A DNA stretch of 63,868 bases, filler included, from Calcarisporiella thermophila CBS 279.70 (taxonomy: Eukaryota > Fungi > Calcarisporiellomycota), in assembly GCF_041956535.1 (NCBI RefSeq). It is 5 parts of 5 records of this genome, joined end to end, with 100 filler letters (N's around TTAATTAATTAA, not from the genome) between each part and the next. Parts side by side here need not be neighbours in the genome. Positions count along the whole stretch, not along the records: positions 1 to 27,319 come from NW_027192198.1; 4 more parts are not named here. One strand, given 5' to 3'. Positions within the stretch are counted from its first letter, which is position 1, and the number at the start of each line of letters is the position of its first letter. A model generated the notes under the pieces. That model saw nothing but the letters and a program-made list of their open reading frames with translations, ran no database searches and was not told the origin of the DNA. Below, in pieces: positions 1-12,866 of the stretch. The position numbers and the translations under genes are program-made.

Positions 1-1384
1 AACTCTCCGAATTGGAATTATTTTTTTGTAATTTTCTAGCCTGTTTTCTTTTCTTTTTTTTTATTGTAAGTGGTACTGGTAATCGATCCTTCTTTTCGAG
101 GGGTATCGTTTGGTACTACATTTTTTGTGAATAATATAACTTGAAGTAATATGAGTACCAAACCATGAATACTAAAGAGAGCTTCGAATTTTCCACGAAT
201 AATTCAGTAGGGTATCTGGCAGTCAGAGATTCTCCTGGAGAGTATATACGCGCTTAATACGGCTTTAGAGCGACGAATGACTACGTTCTTTCAATGGTAA
301 TGGATTGAGAGAATGTCATAGATATTGAATTATGTCTCAGCAAGCATTTGAAATTTGAGGAAGCGCTACAAAACAGAACGACCATGGAGTTTAAACCGTT
401 TGCATGGTGATAGGAGAGGTGATAACTAGAACTTCGAAACAGGCTGCGTTTTGCCGCATCATGTCCATGGAATCCCACGGATAGATTAGGTGCAAGGTAA
501 GGATAGAGATTGATGCCTTGTTTTTTAGGCCAGTGCCCAGCTACACCTCTTCCTACACACTGTCCATCAATTGCGTCCGAATACAATTAATAAGAATAAT
601 TTGGCGGCACCCATGCAACCAAATAATCACTAGTAATTCCTGTAGATAGCCTGATTAAGTCAACAATTTTTGGGCTATTATCCAAGTATACGCCCAGGGT
701 GGAATAGGACTTTTTTTTCGAGCAAGCAGTGAGTCTATTCTGCATTCCACAGTTGTATTACATATCCCTACACAGTTTACATCAAATTCGTATGAGTGAA
801 CGAGTTGCAATGTTGAACTGGTTCACAGAGAGTATAAGACTCTTACAAAAGCTTCACGTTCAGAAATTCGAGAAAAATATAGGTGGCAGAAAGCGGGCTA
901 CAACTTCCTCCCTCGAGCAAAATAAATATGTAGATCGTGATGGAGATGAATGTAGGACACCGACGCGAAATTCCACAGTTCACTGGAGGTAGTTAGCATT
1001 CACAAACATTATAATTAACGTAAAAAAATATTAAAACTAGGTAGATGTTGTATATATATCCGAGTCGTTGAAAATGAAAAGTGCGGTAAAGGTTTGATTC
1101 TAGTTTACACTAGCTTTCGCTACCCTCTCGAGCCTGCTCTCTGCTCACTTATAGATATCGCCATGATAAACTCAATTACTACTATTAATGCATATGACAA
1201 CCACATTTATCATTAATTTTATTGTAATATTCAAAAATCGTTAAATATGATAACATTTCCATCGATAAAAAAAATTATAAACTATAATTTTCCATTAAAG
1301 AATGGATTGAAAAAAAGGTAGAAAATACGACGGTTTTCTAGTGCTAGTGCTATTATATATACTCAAAAACTCTACCCAAGATAT

Positions 1385-3954
1385 TTAAAGCTTGAACTTT
1401 CCGTATTTTACGAGATTATAATCGTTCTCTTCCATTAAACGATATTGTCTTCTTATAAAGTCCAATATATAAATACGATCTGACCCCCTTGGTTCAATAG
1501 CTAGGTTTCGCAGCTGATGCTTTTGAAGTTTAAAAGTGGCGGTAATGTCGATTCTATTCAATAATACGAAAGAAAATATGTTAGAACTGAGTGATCTTAA
1601 GGAATAAATGCGCAAATTTACTCATCAGTCACTCGTATAAATCGCGGAAGGGCATAGTTCGGAACACCCTTCTCTTTCAGCCAGTTAACCAATGACTTGA
1701 GTACGAACTGCTCGCCAGTTTCTGGCGCTAATACCAATGTCGCCATTCCTGCCTGACCTTCATAGTTCGCTAATGGTACTCCATATACAACACTCTCTAC
1801 TATGCCTGGGAAACCAGCTAGATGATTTTGGATTTCTGTAGTGCTTACATTCTCACCCTTCCAACGAAAAGTATCGCCCACGCGATCGAGAAAGTAATAA
1901 TAGCCATCTTCATCATATTTTAGCAGATCGCCCATACGGAACCTTGAAAAACAAAAGTTTAGTTGTGGTCGGAGTCTGACTTAAATTAACTGACTGTTTA
2001 AAGCTACCATCTGTCACCATTTTTCAAAACATTATGAACATATTTTTGTTCATAAGCTTTTTCGTTACCATAATAAGGACGCTTTAGTTTTTCATCAATG
2101 AATTTAACGAGGATTTCTCCTGGTTCCCCTGGAGCAACAGGAACACAAAGGCCAGTTCTGGGATCACGAATAAGCTCCTCGCTAACAGGGTCATGCTTAA
2201 CGAGTACGCAAAACTTAACTACGTTTCTTTAAAAACAAAACAATTGTGAAAACTTGAAAGCTTGATATTTTATTAATTTCATTAAATTACCTAATTAAAA
2301 ATCCGAAATGCCCGCAGCTACCTATTCCATGAGGACCCTTGTTCCGATTAATCATAAAAAATGACCCTAATATGAATAGAAGAATAGTCTCAAATGCCTG
2401 TAAGTCAAGCGGATAAATGGGTTAGAAACATACCCTCACTCATGGCGTAAACCTCATCGATATTCTGAATTCCAAAACGTTCTCTCATTTGAATCCATAC
2501 ATATTTATTAAGTCCATTCCCATATAATCGGCGTATGCCATGGTTACGGTCTTCAGGTGATGGGGGCAAATTAACAAGGTAGCGACAAAGTTCGCCCACG
2601 TGCATTAGAATGTTAGCGTGCACCTCTCGGCATTCCTTGAAAGTATTGCGTGCAGAGAACTTTGGTGCAAGTATAAAAGTTGCACCTGTGGAAATGGCAG
2701 AGATCATGCCCAAAAATACTAGAATTGAGATAATAATAATCAATTGAAAATTATGAATCGGGTTTCATAAAGATTAGCAGCATTACATGCGGTCGCGTGA
2801 AAAAGCGGTAGCGGACAATATATGCGGTCGTTTGAATTAAAAATCCCCGAATTATTTGAAGCAAATGCTAGAACTATATTGCATGGTAAATCATTGATTT
2901 AAGAATAGAGGCAAAAGTGAACTTACATCTTAAAATATTATGCTTCACAGGTACTGCCTATGAAAAATAAATGAACGATTAGAAAGAATAGACTCTAGTG
3001 TCTATCTGAACTACCTTTGGCACTCCTGTCGTTCCACTTGTGTAAATAAAAAATGCAAGGTCATCCATCTGTACCGGCGGGCGAACTGTAAATTCGCTTG
3101 CTTTTGGTAACGAATCAATATCCGTATAAGGGTATGGCATCTCGCAATTCACCCAACTCCCCATTCCCAGCACGTGAACTTCTATCCCCTTAATAGTTTG
3201 GAGCGAGGGTAAGGTAGAAGCAATACAGATAACTCTGGTGGCTTTAGATATCTTGATACAGTGCAAAAGTGGTTCCCCTTTATAACAAGAGTCAGTATTA
3301 AGCCAGGTTGACAAAACAAGGGGACTATCGTTGAGTTACCAGCTAAATTCGCATTGACCAAAGCTCCACATGCACCAATTTTTAATAGAGCAAGCATAGA
3401 TAAGTACATCTCGGGGCAATTTGTCATAAATATGGCGACGATGTCTAGTAGAAGGGACAAAGATCGTGATTTTTGCAATGTTAATTCCTTATACCCTGCC
3501 AAGCCATATAATAAATGTTTAACCTTTATATTTGACACCTATCGATGTATACCAGTCAGCAACTCTATCGACATCTGTATAAAGCTTTTTAGTCTACATT
3601 AGAATAATACAAAGAAAGATATTTATAATTACGGTTTATGAGTTGCTGATAGCTCCAAGTACGACCTTGGAACACAAGTGCGTCTTTGTTTCCAAAATTT
3701 TTTGCAGATTGTTCGAGTACTTCATATTCAGAGGCATACGATTGTGAATCTTTCTTTTTAATATTTATACTAAATAATTTTAATTAGTATGATCTTCAAC
3801 AATCTTCTTTTTTAAACACTGACAGTTTCTGGTACTGTAGTTTTGTCTTCAAAGCGGCGAAAATGTTCTGGGCATCCAAAGTGATAAAGTATTTTGAATC
3901 CAAATACGCTGCAACATTTGCGATGAAGAGAGCAGGGACCAAAGATTGTATCAT
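1385..3954 (-). CDS. FAT1: Very-long-chain fatty acyl-CoA synthetase / fatty acid transport protein (FAT1/SLC27 family), multi-exon
   Basis: ATG at 3954 (MIQSLVPALFIANVAAYLDSKY); AMP-binding motif FIYTSGTTGVPK; GELCRYL; FATP signature YYYFLDRVGDTFRWKGENVSTTE; ends GKFKL*; GT-AG introns separate the ORF-track fragments. Confidence 0.9.
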
Positions 3955-4983
3955 AATGTGGACTAATGAAACGTAGATTTATAGATTTTCAAAGTTATTA
4001 TGATAAAGAAGAGTCCAAAGACATGGCGCCACCCACATTGTTTTATATTTTCATTTGCTAAAATAGACAACTTCCATTTCGAGACAAGATTAAAAATAGC
4101 GTAGATTTGTTTGCAAATTACCCTGTAATTACAATCAAAATGCTATGCCATCAATAAAAATATGGATCCAAATAATAAGAGAGACTATGCAATTGCCAAA
4201 ACTTGAGCTACACCTGCATCCATTCAAATTATTGCGAAGCGTTCAATTCAACCCGGAGCCTAGTATCACTTAGAGTAACTTGAGGATTCCCCCCCTTGAG
4301 CAGCTACACGGAAATCACGACGTTGGTTTTAACGACGTATCTATATTATTTCCTACTGTGGCGTACTTTAATAATAATAATATTTATCCTACGAGTCTTC
4401 CTCTTAATTCTTAATATAATGATCGCAACGCTCACTTGTCAGGATTAAAAGGACCGAATGCCAGAATAGCAAGTGAATACTACATGAACAAAGCTCATCG
4501 ATGATCTCCTGTATTAGACTCGGACATGAAAATAGGATTCAATTTCGTATCGCTCATTTATTTAGGAATATAGCATACAATCACAAAAAAATTATTAGCT
4601 TGCTAACAATCCAAATACTTTATGCTCAATCTTTTTAGGTGGTTGAAATATATTTGAAACTGCTCTTTCACATTATATAATTCATTAAATATATAGTACA
4701 TAATATATAGTATAATTACATACATTCAAAGTTATAAATAGGATCAAAAATTTGAATGTTTATCGAAGTCTCAAGGCAAATTAGAAGTAATATAGGAAGA
4801 ACATAAAAAATTATAAAGGTTAACTTAGCAAAGTAAAATGCTGCGCCTCATTTATTACACAATCAATTTCGTTTTCAAATCAATATAATTTTTATTGTAC
4901 TTCAGTAAAAAGAACTTTGAAAATCTGTCAGGTTTTAATTTTTTTTCACAATATCGTCCTAGAATTATATATATGATCAATAG

Positions 4984-6723
4984 ATGTCTAGTTCAAAACC
5001 AACTCCTCTAAATAAACAAGAGGAACTAGGTGCAGCAATTAATCAAGGGAAAGATGTAGAAGCAGTTGATTTTGAGATCGATAGTGAGAATGCTCGATTG
5101 CTTGATGATGCACAACATGAAGCCACAGGTTCAGAAAGTAATCAATTTACTTATAATGTAAGAGTTTAATTGAATTACCTTGGATGTGAATGATTCAAGC
5201 AATCTGTTATCTACTAGGAAACTTTCGGCAGAAGAAAGCTCTTTATATTACTAATAGTTGCGGGGGCTTTCATCATCATCGCCATTCTATTCGCTATTAT
5301 TCTCATATCCCTTTCAAAAACCTCTAGTTCTCCTAAATACGGGCAAAAATATCCTCCACGGACTAACGGCACCCATTGGTTTAACTCAACCGTAGTCGTC
5401 GTTAGCCTTGATGGTTTCCGCTCCGATTATTTAGATCGAAATCTCACCCAATCTTTAACGAAGCTTGCCAATCGTGGTGTAAGAGCTGAATATATGAAAC
5501 CATCATTCCCTTCAGTTACATTTCCTAACCATTACACGCTGGTTACTGGCCTCTATCCGGAATCTCATGGTATCGTTGGTAACCACTTTATTGACCCTGT
5601 GATTAATGACGAGTTCGTATACAGTAAGCCCGAAAAGAGTTGGGGCTCAAAGTGGTGGGGTGGTGAGCCGGTAAATAAATAACTCTATTCTACTTTTTAT
5701 TTGAATTGCTCTGATTTAATTCGACACAACTTTTTCAAGATATGGATTTCAGCTGTTCGTCAAGGACTTCGCTCAGCGGTTCACATGTGGCCTGGTTGTT
5801 CCACACTCGTAAGAAATATGCGCCCAACTTACCACAATGACTATGACCCAAGGTGGTCTTTATCTGAAAAGGTCGATCAAGTTCTTGAGTGGCTTGATTT
5901 ACCTGATATCCAACGCCCTGAGTTTATTGCGGCATACGTCTCTACAATTGACACAGCTGGACACGCTGCTGGTCCAGATTCAGACAGGGTTAACGCTGCA
6001 TTGCGGATGGTGGATGATATGCTTGGGCTATTAATGGATGGGCTGGATAAACGTAATCTTACAGATATAGTAAATTTAATTGTGGTAAATCAGAGAAACC
6101 TTGCATGAGCAGTATAAATTGTGTCAGATTGGGTTGATTTGAGCATTTTTTTTTAGGTTAGCGATCATGGTATGGCCGCCACTAGCAACGATCGCCTTAT
6201 TTTCTACGAGGATTTTGCTCCTGATATGCTGAAGCAGAAGGAGCCTGAGGCGTGGCCACTACTCGGAATTCGTCCCGACACGGATGTCGAACTTGAGATA
6301 TTGCATACACAGTTTTTAAATGCAAGCCGACAACCCAACTCACACTTTCAGGTCTATCTTCGTGAAGAAATCCCTGGACGCTTTCATTACTCAAATTCTC
6401 CTCGTATCGCACCGCTCGTCGCAATTCCAGATCCAGGATGGGTGTTCATCACTCACAGTAAATATGATTCACTAAAGGGCAAACCATTTCATCCGATGGG
6501 GGTCCACGGATATGATAATGAGAATCCGCTTATGCGAGCAATCTTCATTGGTGCTGGCCCAGAGTTTATGCCCACCAAGAAGGATAATAATGTGACCGCG
6601 GAGCGAATAGTCCCTCCTTTCCAAAACATAGAATTATATGGTCTTCTTGCTCACATATTGGGCATTCAGCCTGCCCCCAACAATGGTACAGGAGGTCCAA
6701 TTGAAACAGTATTTGTGCATTAG
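4984..6723 (+). CDS. NPP1: Ectonucleotide pyrophosphatase/phosphodiesterase (NPP, type I phosphodiesterase) with N-terminal TM helix, 4 exons
   Basis: VSLDGFR, catalytic FPSVTFPNHYT, DTAGH, VSDHGM and GVHGYDN motifs; introns near 5139-5217, 5671-5739 and 6085-6156. Confidence 0.9.
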
Positions 6724-7265
6724 AAAATGTATACTTTTTTTTTGTTGCTTCTTTTTATATTTTTATGCTTCAAGTTCATATTTCTCGTTTTATATTTTCC
6801 TGCATCCCACTATGAATCGATATTTATTGCCTATAATATAATAAATATGTTTATTTTTCCTCGTCGCTCTTCCCCATCCAAATATTCCAACCAATTTAAT
6901 TATTCAACATTTTGTTACTGTTTATAAACTTGATCCAGTTGCAATTTAAAACTAACGCGCGTTTCGTCTTGACTGATCTTTAGCTTGATCCTTCACCCAA
7001 ACTAGCTTTTTATTTATATTGCCCTTGCACATGGTAATTCAATATACATACAAGAGATTTACTAAATATACTGAATTTATTGTAAAAGAGGTAGTTCGTT
7101 TCACTTTTTTTTCAAGTTTATTCCGTCCGAACTAGATTATTATCCCTAAATCCAACTTATTCGTTTTCTGAATATACCATCAGCAAACATTGACAAAACT
7201 AAGGTTATTATTATAGTAAAAAAAATTGACAATAAAATTTAAATAATTAAAAAAAAATAAAAAAA

Positions 7266-7337
7266 GGGCTCAACTGGGAATTGAACCCAGGACCTCTCCC
7301 ACCCTAAGGGAGAATTATACCACTAAACCATTGAGCC
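7266..7337 (-). tRNA. tRNA-Pro(AGG)
   Basis: Reverse complement folds as a cloverleaf GGCTCAA...TTGAGCC; anticodon arm CTCCC-TTAGGGT-GGGAG; T-loop GGTTCAATTCC; oligo-T terminator follows. Confidence 0.95.
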
Positions 7338-7346
7338 AGCCCTAAC

Positions 7347-8850
7347 GTTACGGGAATATCGGTATTTCGTACAGACAGTCATAACTGCGCCACTACAAGC
7401 CAAAAAAGAAAAAACTTCTTTTCTTCTTTAACTTTATGCACATGGTACCTTAATAACCTTTCGGCAAATTACTAGCGCTTTGAAAATTTTATTCAAGTTT
7501 GTTCTGTTTTGTTAAACTAGTTGTTTAATTAGTTTGTTTATTCAGTTCGTTTAATCAGTTTGTTTAATCGGTTCGTTCTATTTAGTTTAATTTTGTTATA
7601 TAAGAAGAGATTCAAGCGTGAGTGAACGGGGAGGCGGATTAGTTTTTGAATATTGAGCAATAGTTTTGAAATTTATTGTCTTATTTGCTTTTTTTTTATA
7701 AGAAAATCTTTCTTTTGTTTACTTACGTAAAATCTTCACGGTATACCCCTAAATTCACGTAACTATTGTTTCGTGTGCTCAAGATAGTTTAAGGAGATAT
7801 TCGAAATGAGAAGCTTAGATTTTGTGACCGAATACCATAAGAGCCCCGGGGTTTAACTGTTGTGTGCTGGGTTCGATTCTTGGTGACGGTACCAGTACTA
7901 GAGATGTGGCCGGAATATACTCTAGGAATCGAGCTATATGTTACTTCGCTACAACTCCTCCGAAATGCAGTAAAATGCGTCAATGAAATTCTTCCATATA
8001 TACATTCTTCTTATTCTGTATCTTTCTCGGTACAAGTAATTCCTCTTTATAAAGCTGGCCAGGAGCATTACCTTGGTGATTTTGACATAGAAGTGTACCC
8101 TGCCTTTAATTTGTATTGGAGACTATTCAATAAAAATACTCCTAACAAAAAAATAAGCGACCCAGTTGCAAACCTCAGAGAAAAGATGGAAGCAGTCATG
8201 TCCAACTATGCCTGAGTCATCCAGATTGACTTCCAATACTATGGCAACACGGGGTGGTTACAAGACCACTGCTACGCCATACTTGGGCCGAACTCTGAAA
8301 CCACAGAACCTTTAGAAAACCTTTTACCTTGCCAGTTAGCCATCGATGAGGACAAGATAATCCTTTCTTGAAGAGGATCTACTCCAATGTGTAATTACTG
8401 TAAGGCTACTGGCCAGATACGAGTTGAAAGCCCAAAGAAGAACAGGCAGCATCAAGAATATAAGCCCGTGCAAACACTCCCCCCGCACATTCGTGAAACC
8501 ACGCCAGATAGAATGAATACGGACAATGAGACCGAGAAGTCAGAGAATATGCAGTACCCCACAGGCACCGAATATCAAACCTATAGGATCCAAAATGTTC
8601 AGCGAAATAACAGGATTTGAACTATCTACTGTACCAGCCTAGAGAAGCCCCGAAATCGAGACGGTAAACCTGCAAGAATTCCTAGCTTCCAAGAAGAACA
8701 TGTAGTTCGACTTCAGTCCTACAAAATTGCCCACGCGCATCGAACATCCAACACGAAAAATTATCCCCAAGATAGCCAAAACTAACCAGAATATTGGCAT
8801 TGAAAAATTTTCAGCCGAAACTAAGAACCTTGCTTTAAGATGAGGGTTTT
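7347..8850 (+). mobile_element. Degenerate retroelement (non-LTR ORF1-like, decayed zinc knuckle) abutting the 5' flank of tRNA-Pro
   Basis: Interrupted frame LREKMEAVMSNYA*VIQIDFQYYGNTGWLQDHCYAILG...ILS*RGSTPMCNYCKATGQ; homologous copy at ~45530-46700. Confidence 0.6.
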
Positions 8851-9237
8851 TATAACTCATTGTCCTTATAATTGAGCTTTTTTTATTCATTTAATTTTCC
8901 GAACGATAAACTAGCGGCACGTTCAATAATAATTGAAGAGGAAATTCAAAATAAGATCCTCTACACTTTTTTATTTATTATAAAAAGGTAAGCTAGAACG
9001 ATTCTGCTAGAAATCAAGCAATTTCGAAGCCGATACTGCAAGTAGAGTTACAAAATCTGTTATAATGATGTTAATTTTGGAAATAGTGGTACTTGAAAGT
9101 GAAATTAGAATTCATACCGCCTAGGTTTTAATAATTTGGCTTGGGCTTGAATATATCCTAATCCGTCGAGTAGAAGTAAATCTGCGAATTTTTATCCAGT
9201 TTTCTTCATCGCCTCGGATGGTAAAAAATTATCAGTG

Positions 9238-9954
9238 ATGTCTTCTCAAAATAAATACGAACTCTACTACTTCAAACACGCCGGCCTTGCAACGACAATC
9301 CGTACCATTCTTGAAATTGTTAATGTGAGTCATCCCAACTTTCTGATTTCTTCCCGTTAACGTTCAATTGGATTTATTGGAATTTTCTAGGCTGACTACA
9401 CGATCAAAGGAGTAGAAGATTGGGCTTCCGAAAAAGCCAACACTCCGTTTGGTCAAGTTCCGGTCCTTTATGTGATCAGATCTAACGGCATGCGTTATGA
9501 AATTGCTGAATCTCAAGCGATTTCTCGCTATCTTGGTCGAGAACATGGTTTGGTAGGAAATACCAACGAAGAAAATGCTCTGGTGGATATGGTAATGGAC
9601 TCGCTGTTTGAGCTCCTGATCGGTCTATTGAAATATTACGTCCTCGAAAACGAAGAAGACGAAAAAGATGCTTGTAAAAATGCCGTCCTGGAAGATTCCA
9701 AGAAACTCCTTCCCTTCCATGAGAAGCTTATCAAGAAACACGGCGGAAATGGCCACTATTTGCAGAGCAAATTGACTCTCGCCGATATTCATCTCTTCAC
9801 CATGCTAATTGGACTTCAGGAATTTCTCGGTAAGGAGGCGTATAGTGCTGTGGTGAGCGAAGATAAGACCCCGGAATTGGTGAAAGTGTTTGAAACGGTT
9901 AAAAAGGAGAAAGGCGTGCAGCGCCTCTTTGAGGAAAATTATTACCATTTCTAA
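9238..9954 (+). CDS. Glutathione S-transferase, one intron (~9325-9390)
   Basis: MSSQNKYELYYF, TPFGQVPVL, IAESQAISRYL and LTLADI motifs. Confidence 0.9.
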
Positions 9955-10436
9955 TACTCTTATTTCACTGGTTACTATCAGGCAAGTTTATTAGGTCTAG
10001 CAATTTTAACCCTAACGGGCGCTGCCGAATATTGTGCATATCTATTTTATTGTGATTTTGGACTGACACAAATTAATCTCATTTTGCCCTAGAAGGCCAA
10101 TACAGCAGTTCCTGCTGTAGCTAAACCTACAAAGATGAAGTTGTTCGAATAATTTATATTATGACATCAATTCCTACAAAATCACACCTATAGATGATGC
10201 CTGAAATTAACACTTGATGTTGGAAAAATAGCCCTCATATATTTTATTATTTTCTTCATAGCATGTACTACATCTTCAAATTCATTATATAAAATCACCC
10301 CATCATGTATATATTTCATTGCTTGGGAAATGTTTATCGTTTTGGTATAGAGATTATATTATCCCGCATCTCATTATAAATCAATTTTTATTACGAATAA
10401 TGTATTAAATGTGTTTTATTTTCTCCTTGTTGCGAA

Positions 10437-11220
10437 TTAAGAGGTTCTATCTTCCAAGTCGTCAAGTGGATGTAAAGGATAAGACTTGGGTCGATTTACA
10501 GCTTGATAAAAACAAAATGATCGTTGTTTCTCTTGCTCGTTAAAAATTATGTCGAAAGAGTCGAAGAGTTTGCTACGTCTGGCGTGAGAGCTGGTGAAAC
10601 GCTTGAGAATCGTAGAGCGCTCTTCTACACACTGAGTCAAAAGTACATCTAAGTTAGTGTATCCTGAAGCAATTGCCTCTGCCCATATTTCACGACGAGT
10701 ATACCAACGCTGAAGTTAAGCTGCCATTTTGATTTAAAACTTAATTATCTCATTATAATGCTTTGCGAATTAGCCTGGTATCTATGAACTAAATAGATTG
10801 ATTAGCTCTAATGCAAAGTCGATGTAATTGTCAACTTTTTGGTGCAAATGCATTTGGATATCTTGTGTTATATGCCTAGAGCAAAGCTGGTACTGAGCAT
10901 GTAGTATAACTTACGGGTAGCTCTCATGAGTACAGGGTGGGAATCACTCATCACTGTATGTATGTTCTCAGTCGGTTCTCCTTTCAAACAACATATAGCT
11001 GCTGGAGTGCCCACGTATATGCTTGAGTAGATTCGTGCTTTAGAAACACAATCTCCATCAAAACGGATTGGGATTTTCTTCCCCATCGACAAATGCCAGG
11101 CAAGGAAAGTTGAGATGAAGGGTGCGATAGGTTCATTCCGCTATCATAGCTTCGGGAAACTTGCGCGCAAGAGAGATATGAGAGATACTTGCCAATAAAT
11201 ATTATACATACCAACATAAC
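10437..11220 (-). mobile_element. Degenerate MULE/Mutator transposase remnant
   Basis: Frameshifted fragments TVMSDSHPVLMRA, QLCSRHI and RWYTRREIWAEAIASGYTNLDVLLTQCVEERSTILK resemble MULE DDE and C-terminal motifs. Confidence 0.5.
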
Positions 11221-12682
11221 GCGGATTTGGCAGTCTATTCGGAGGTATTTTCGGGCTCAGATAACAAAGCTGTCATTTCAGGCTGTTCCCCCTTCGCTCT
11301 TCGAGCAATGAGCAGGATCCACCGCAGCGGCCGCTTCTTAGGGCTGTCATGCTGGTGCTCTTCAGTTTGTTCGACGGTGTCCCTCCATTCGCTCTCGAAG
11401 TCTCTACACCACGCGTCTTTCTACGCTTGCATTGTCTCTTCTCCCTCCTCGCTCCACATGCACAATGTTGTTTTCGATGGCCCAATCAAACCGCCCCAAT
11501 TTGTGCATATGCGATGATCAACCTTAAGGGTGGTGATGTCGTACTGCTTCAAGTTCTGGCCTTCCGCCAATGGGCGCAAATGGGCCCAAATACGCGCCTG
11601 TGAGATCATTGGCCGAAGATCAGTCGAGTTGAATGCATTATCGCCAAAGATCGCAGTTGCGCGCACCGTTTTGCTTAAGAAACGTTCATGGGGCGAAAAG
11701 GAGCCTAAAACTTTTTTTATTTGAATCGTTTGACAAGTATTTAAGTGATAGTTTTTTTTCAAAGATTTACTTGCAGAAGGGTGGGCGATTATTTTATATG
11801 TATATAGGAGTATTCGTTATGCTTCAACTTGAGATTAATCTTTCAAAAAGAAATTCCATAGCTAATAGTTTATTTTTCTCTGTTACAAGCAATACACCTT
11901 GATATGTATGTTGTTGGAACTTGTATTATTATACAGTATTTACAGTAATGTATGTTTTCGAAATTTTTTGGTGGATTATTGGCACAATATCATTATTGTC
12001 ATCAATTCCTTAACAACTTCACTATCGTGTCAAGGACTTCATTCTCAAAGACAGCCTTAGGTTCCATTTGGAAGACTATACCACATGATGGAATTAGAAA
12101 CCATGATCATTGGAGCCGTTGCAAGAAAATATCGTAGTTGTTTGCATTGCACCATTCGAACGCTCTTGGACACCGAGCCTGCATAAGTTGATAGTGGTAG
12201 TACTCGAGGTTTCAAAGACATGCCGCGTAGGATTAAAAAATCACAAAAAAAGAAAATAGGGAGGAGAACAGGTAACAGGAAATACAAGACACATATAAAC
12301 TCTATTTAATACTTGGTTTATCTTGCAAGTGGCACTCAAATATGTAGAGTACACTCACGTTGCTTCCCTTCAAGGCCTGTATGCGCTGAGAATAGTTAGC
12401 CTATGGCAGCCCGAAACAATCGAAAATCAACTTGGCAAGTAATAGTGTCACTTTAAAAACAAAAAAGAGCACTGATCTCTTTTGAAATTACTAAATAAAA
12501 GGTTTGAAATAAATTTGAAGTGGAGCAAAAGGAATAACATCTTAATATGAAGACAAAAAAAAAAATAAAAGTCATAGCTCAGTCAATCACAAACGAGAAT
12601 TCACAAATAATACAAAACAATATGTATTTTCAGTATGAGGCGATGGTTTTGCTACTTTAAGAAATGAAAACTTCTTAAAATA

Positions 12683-12866
12683 TGTTGGAATTTCAATCAG
12701 AGTATATTCTTCACGCAGTTCAAAGAAAGACAAATAGCTAAACTATTTAAGAATAACAAGAAATCATAAACAGGTAATATAGTTTATACACAAACAAGTA
12801 AAAATCAAGTTTAATTAAAATACCGACAATTTCAGATTATCAGTCACGCCTGGTCGCACTCCAACA
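12683..12866. mobile_element. Solo LTR with 5-bp TSD (AAATA)
   Basis: TGTTGGA...TCCAACA termini, AAATA on both sides; shares CAGTCACGCCTGGTCG end with 20670-20940. Confidence 0.8.

Noticed and set aside
130-560. Possible kinase pseudogene (VGYLA..EILL, NPTDRLGAR)
   Set aside because: Too fragmented across frames to support a call.
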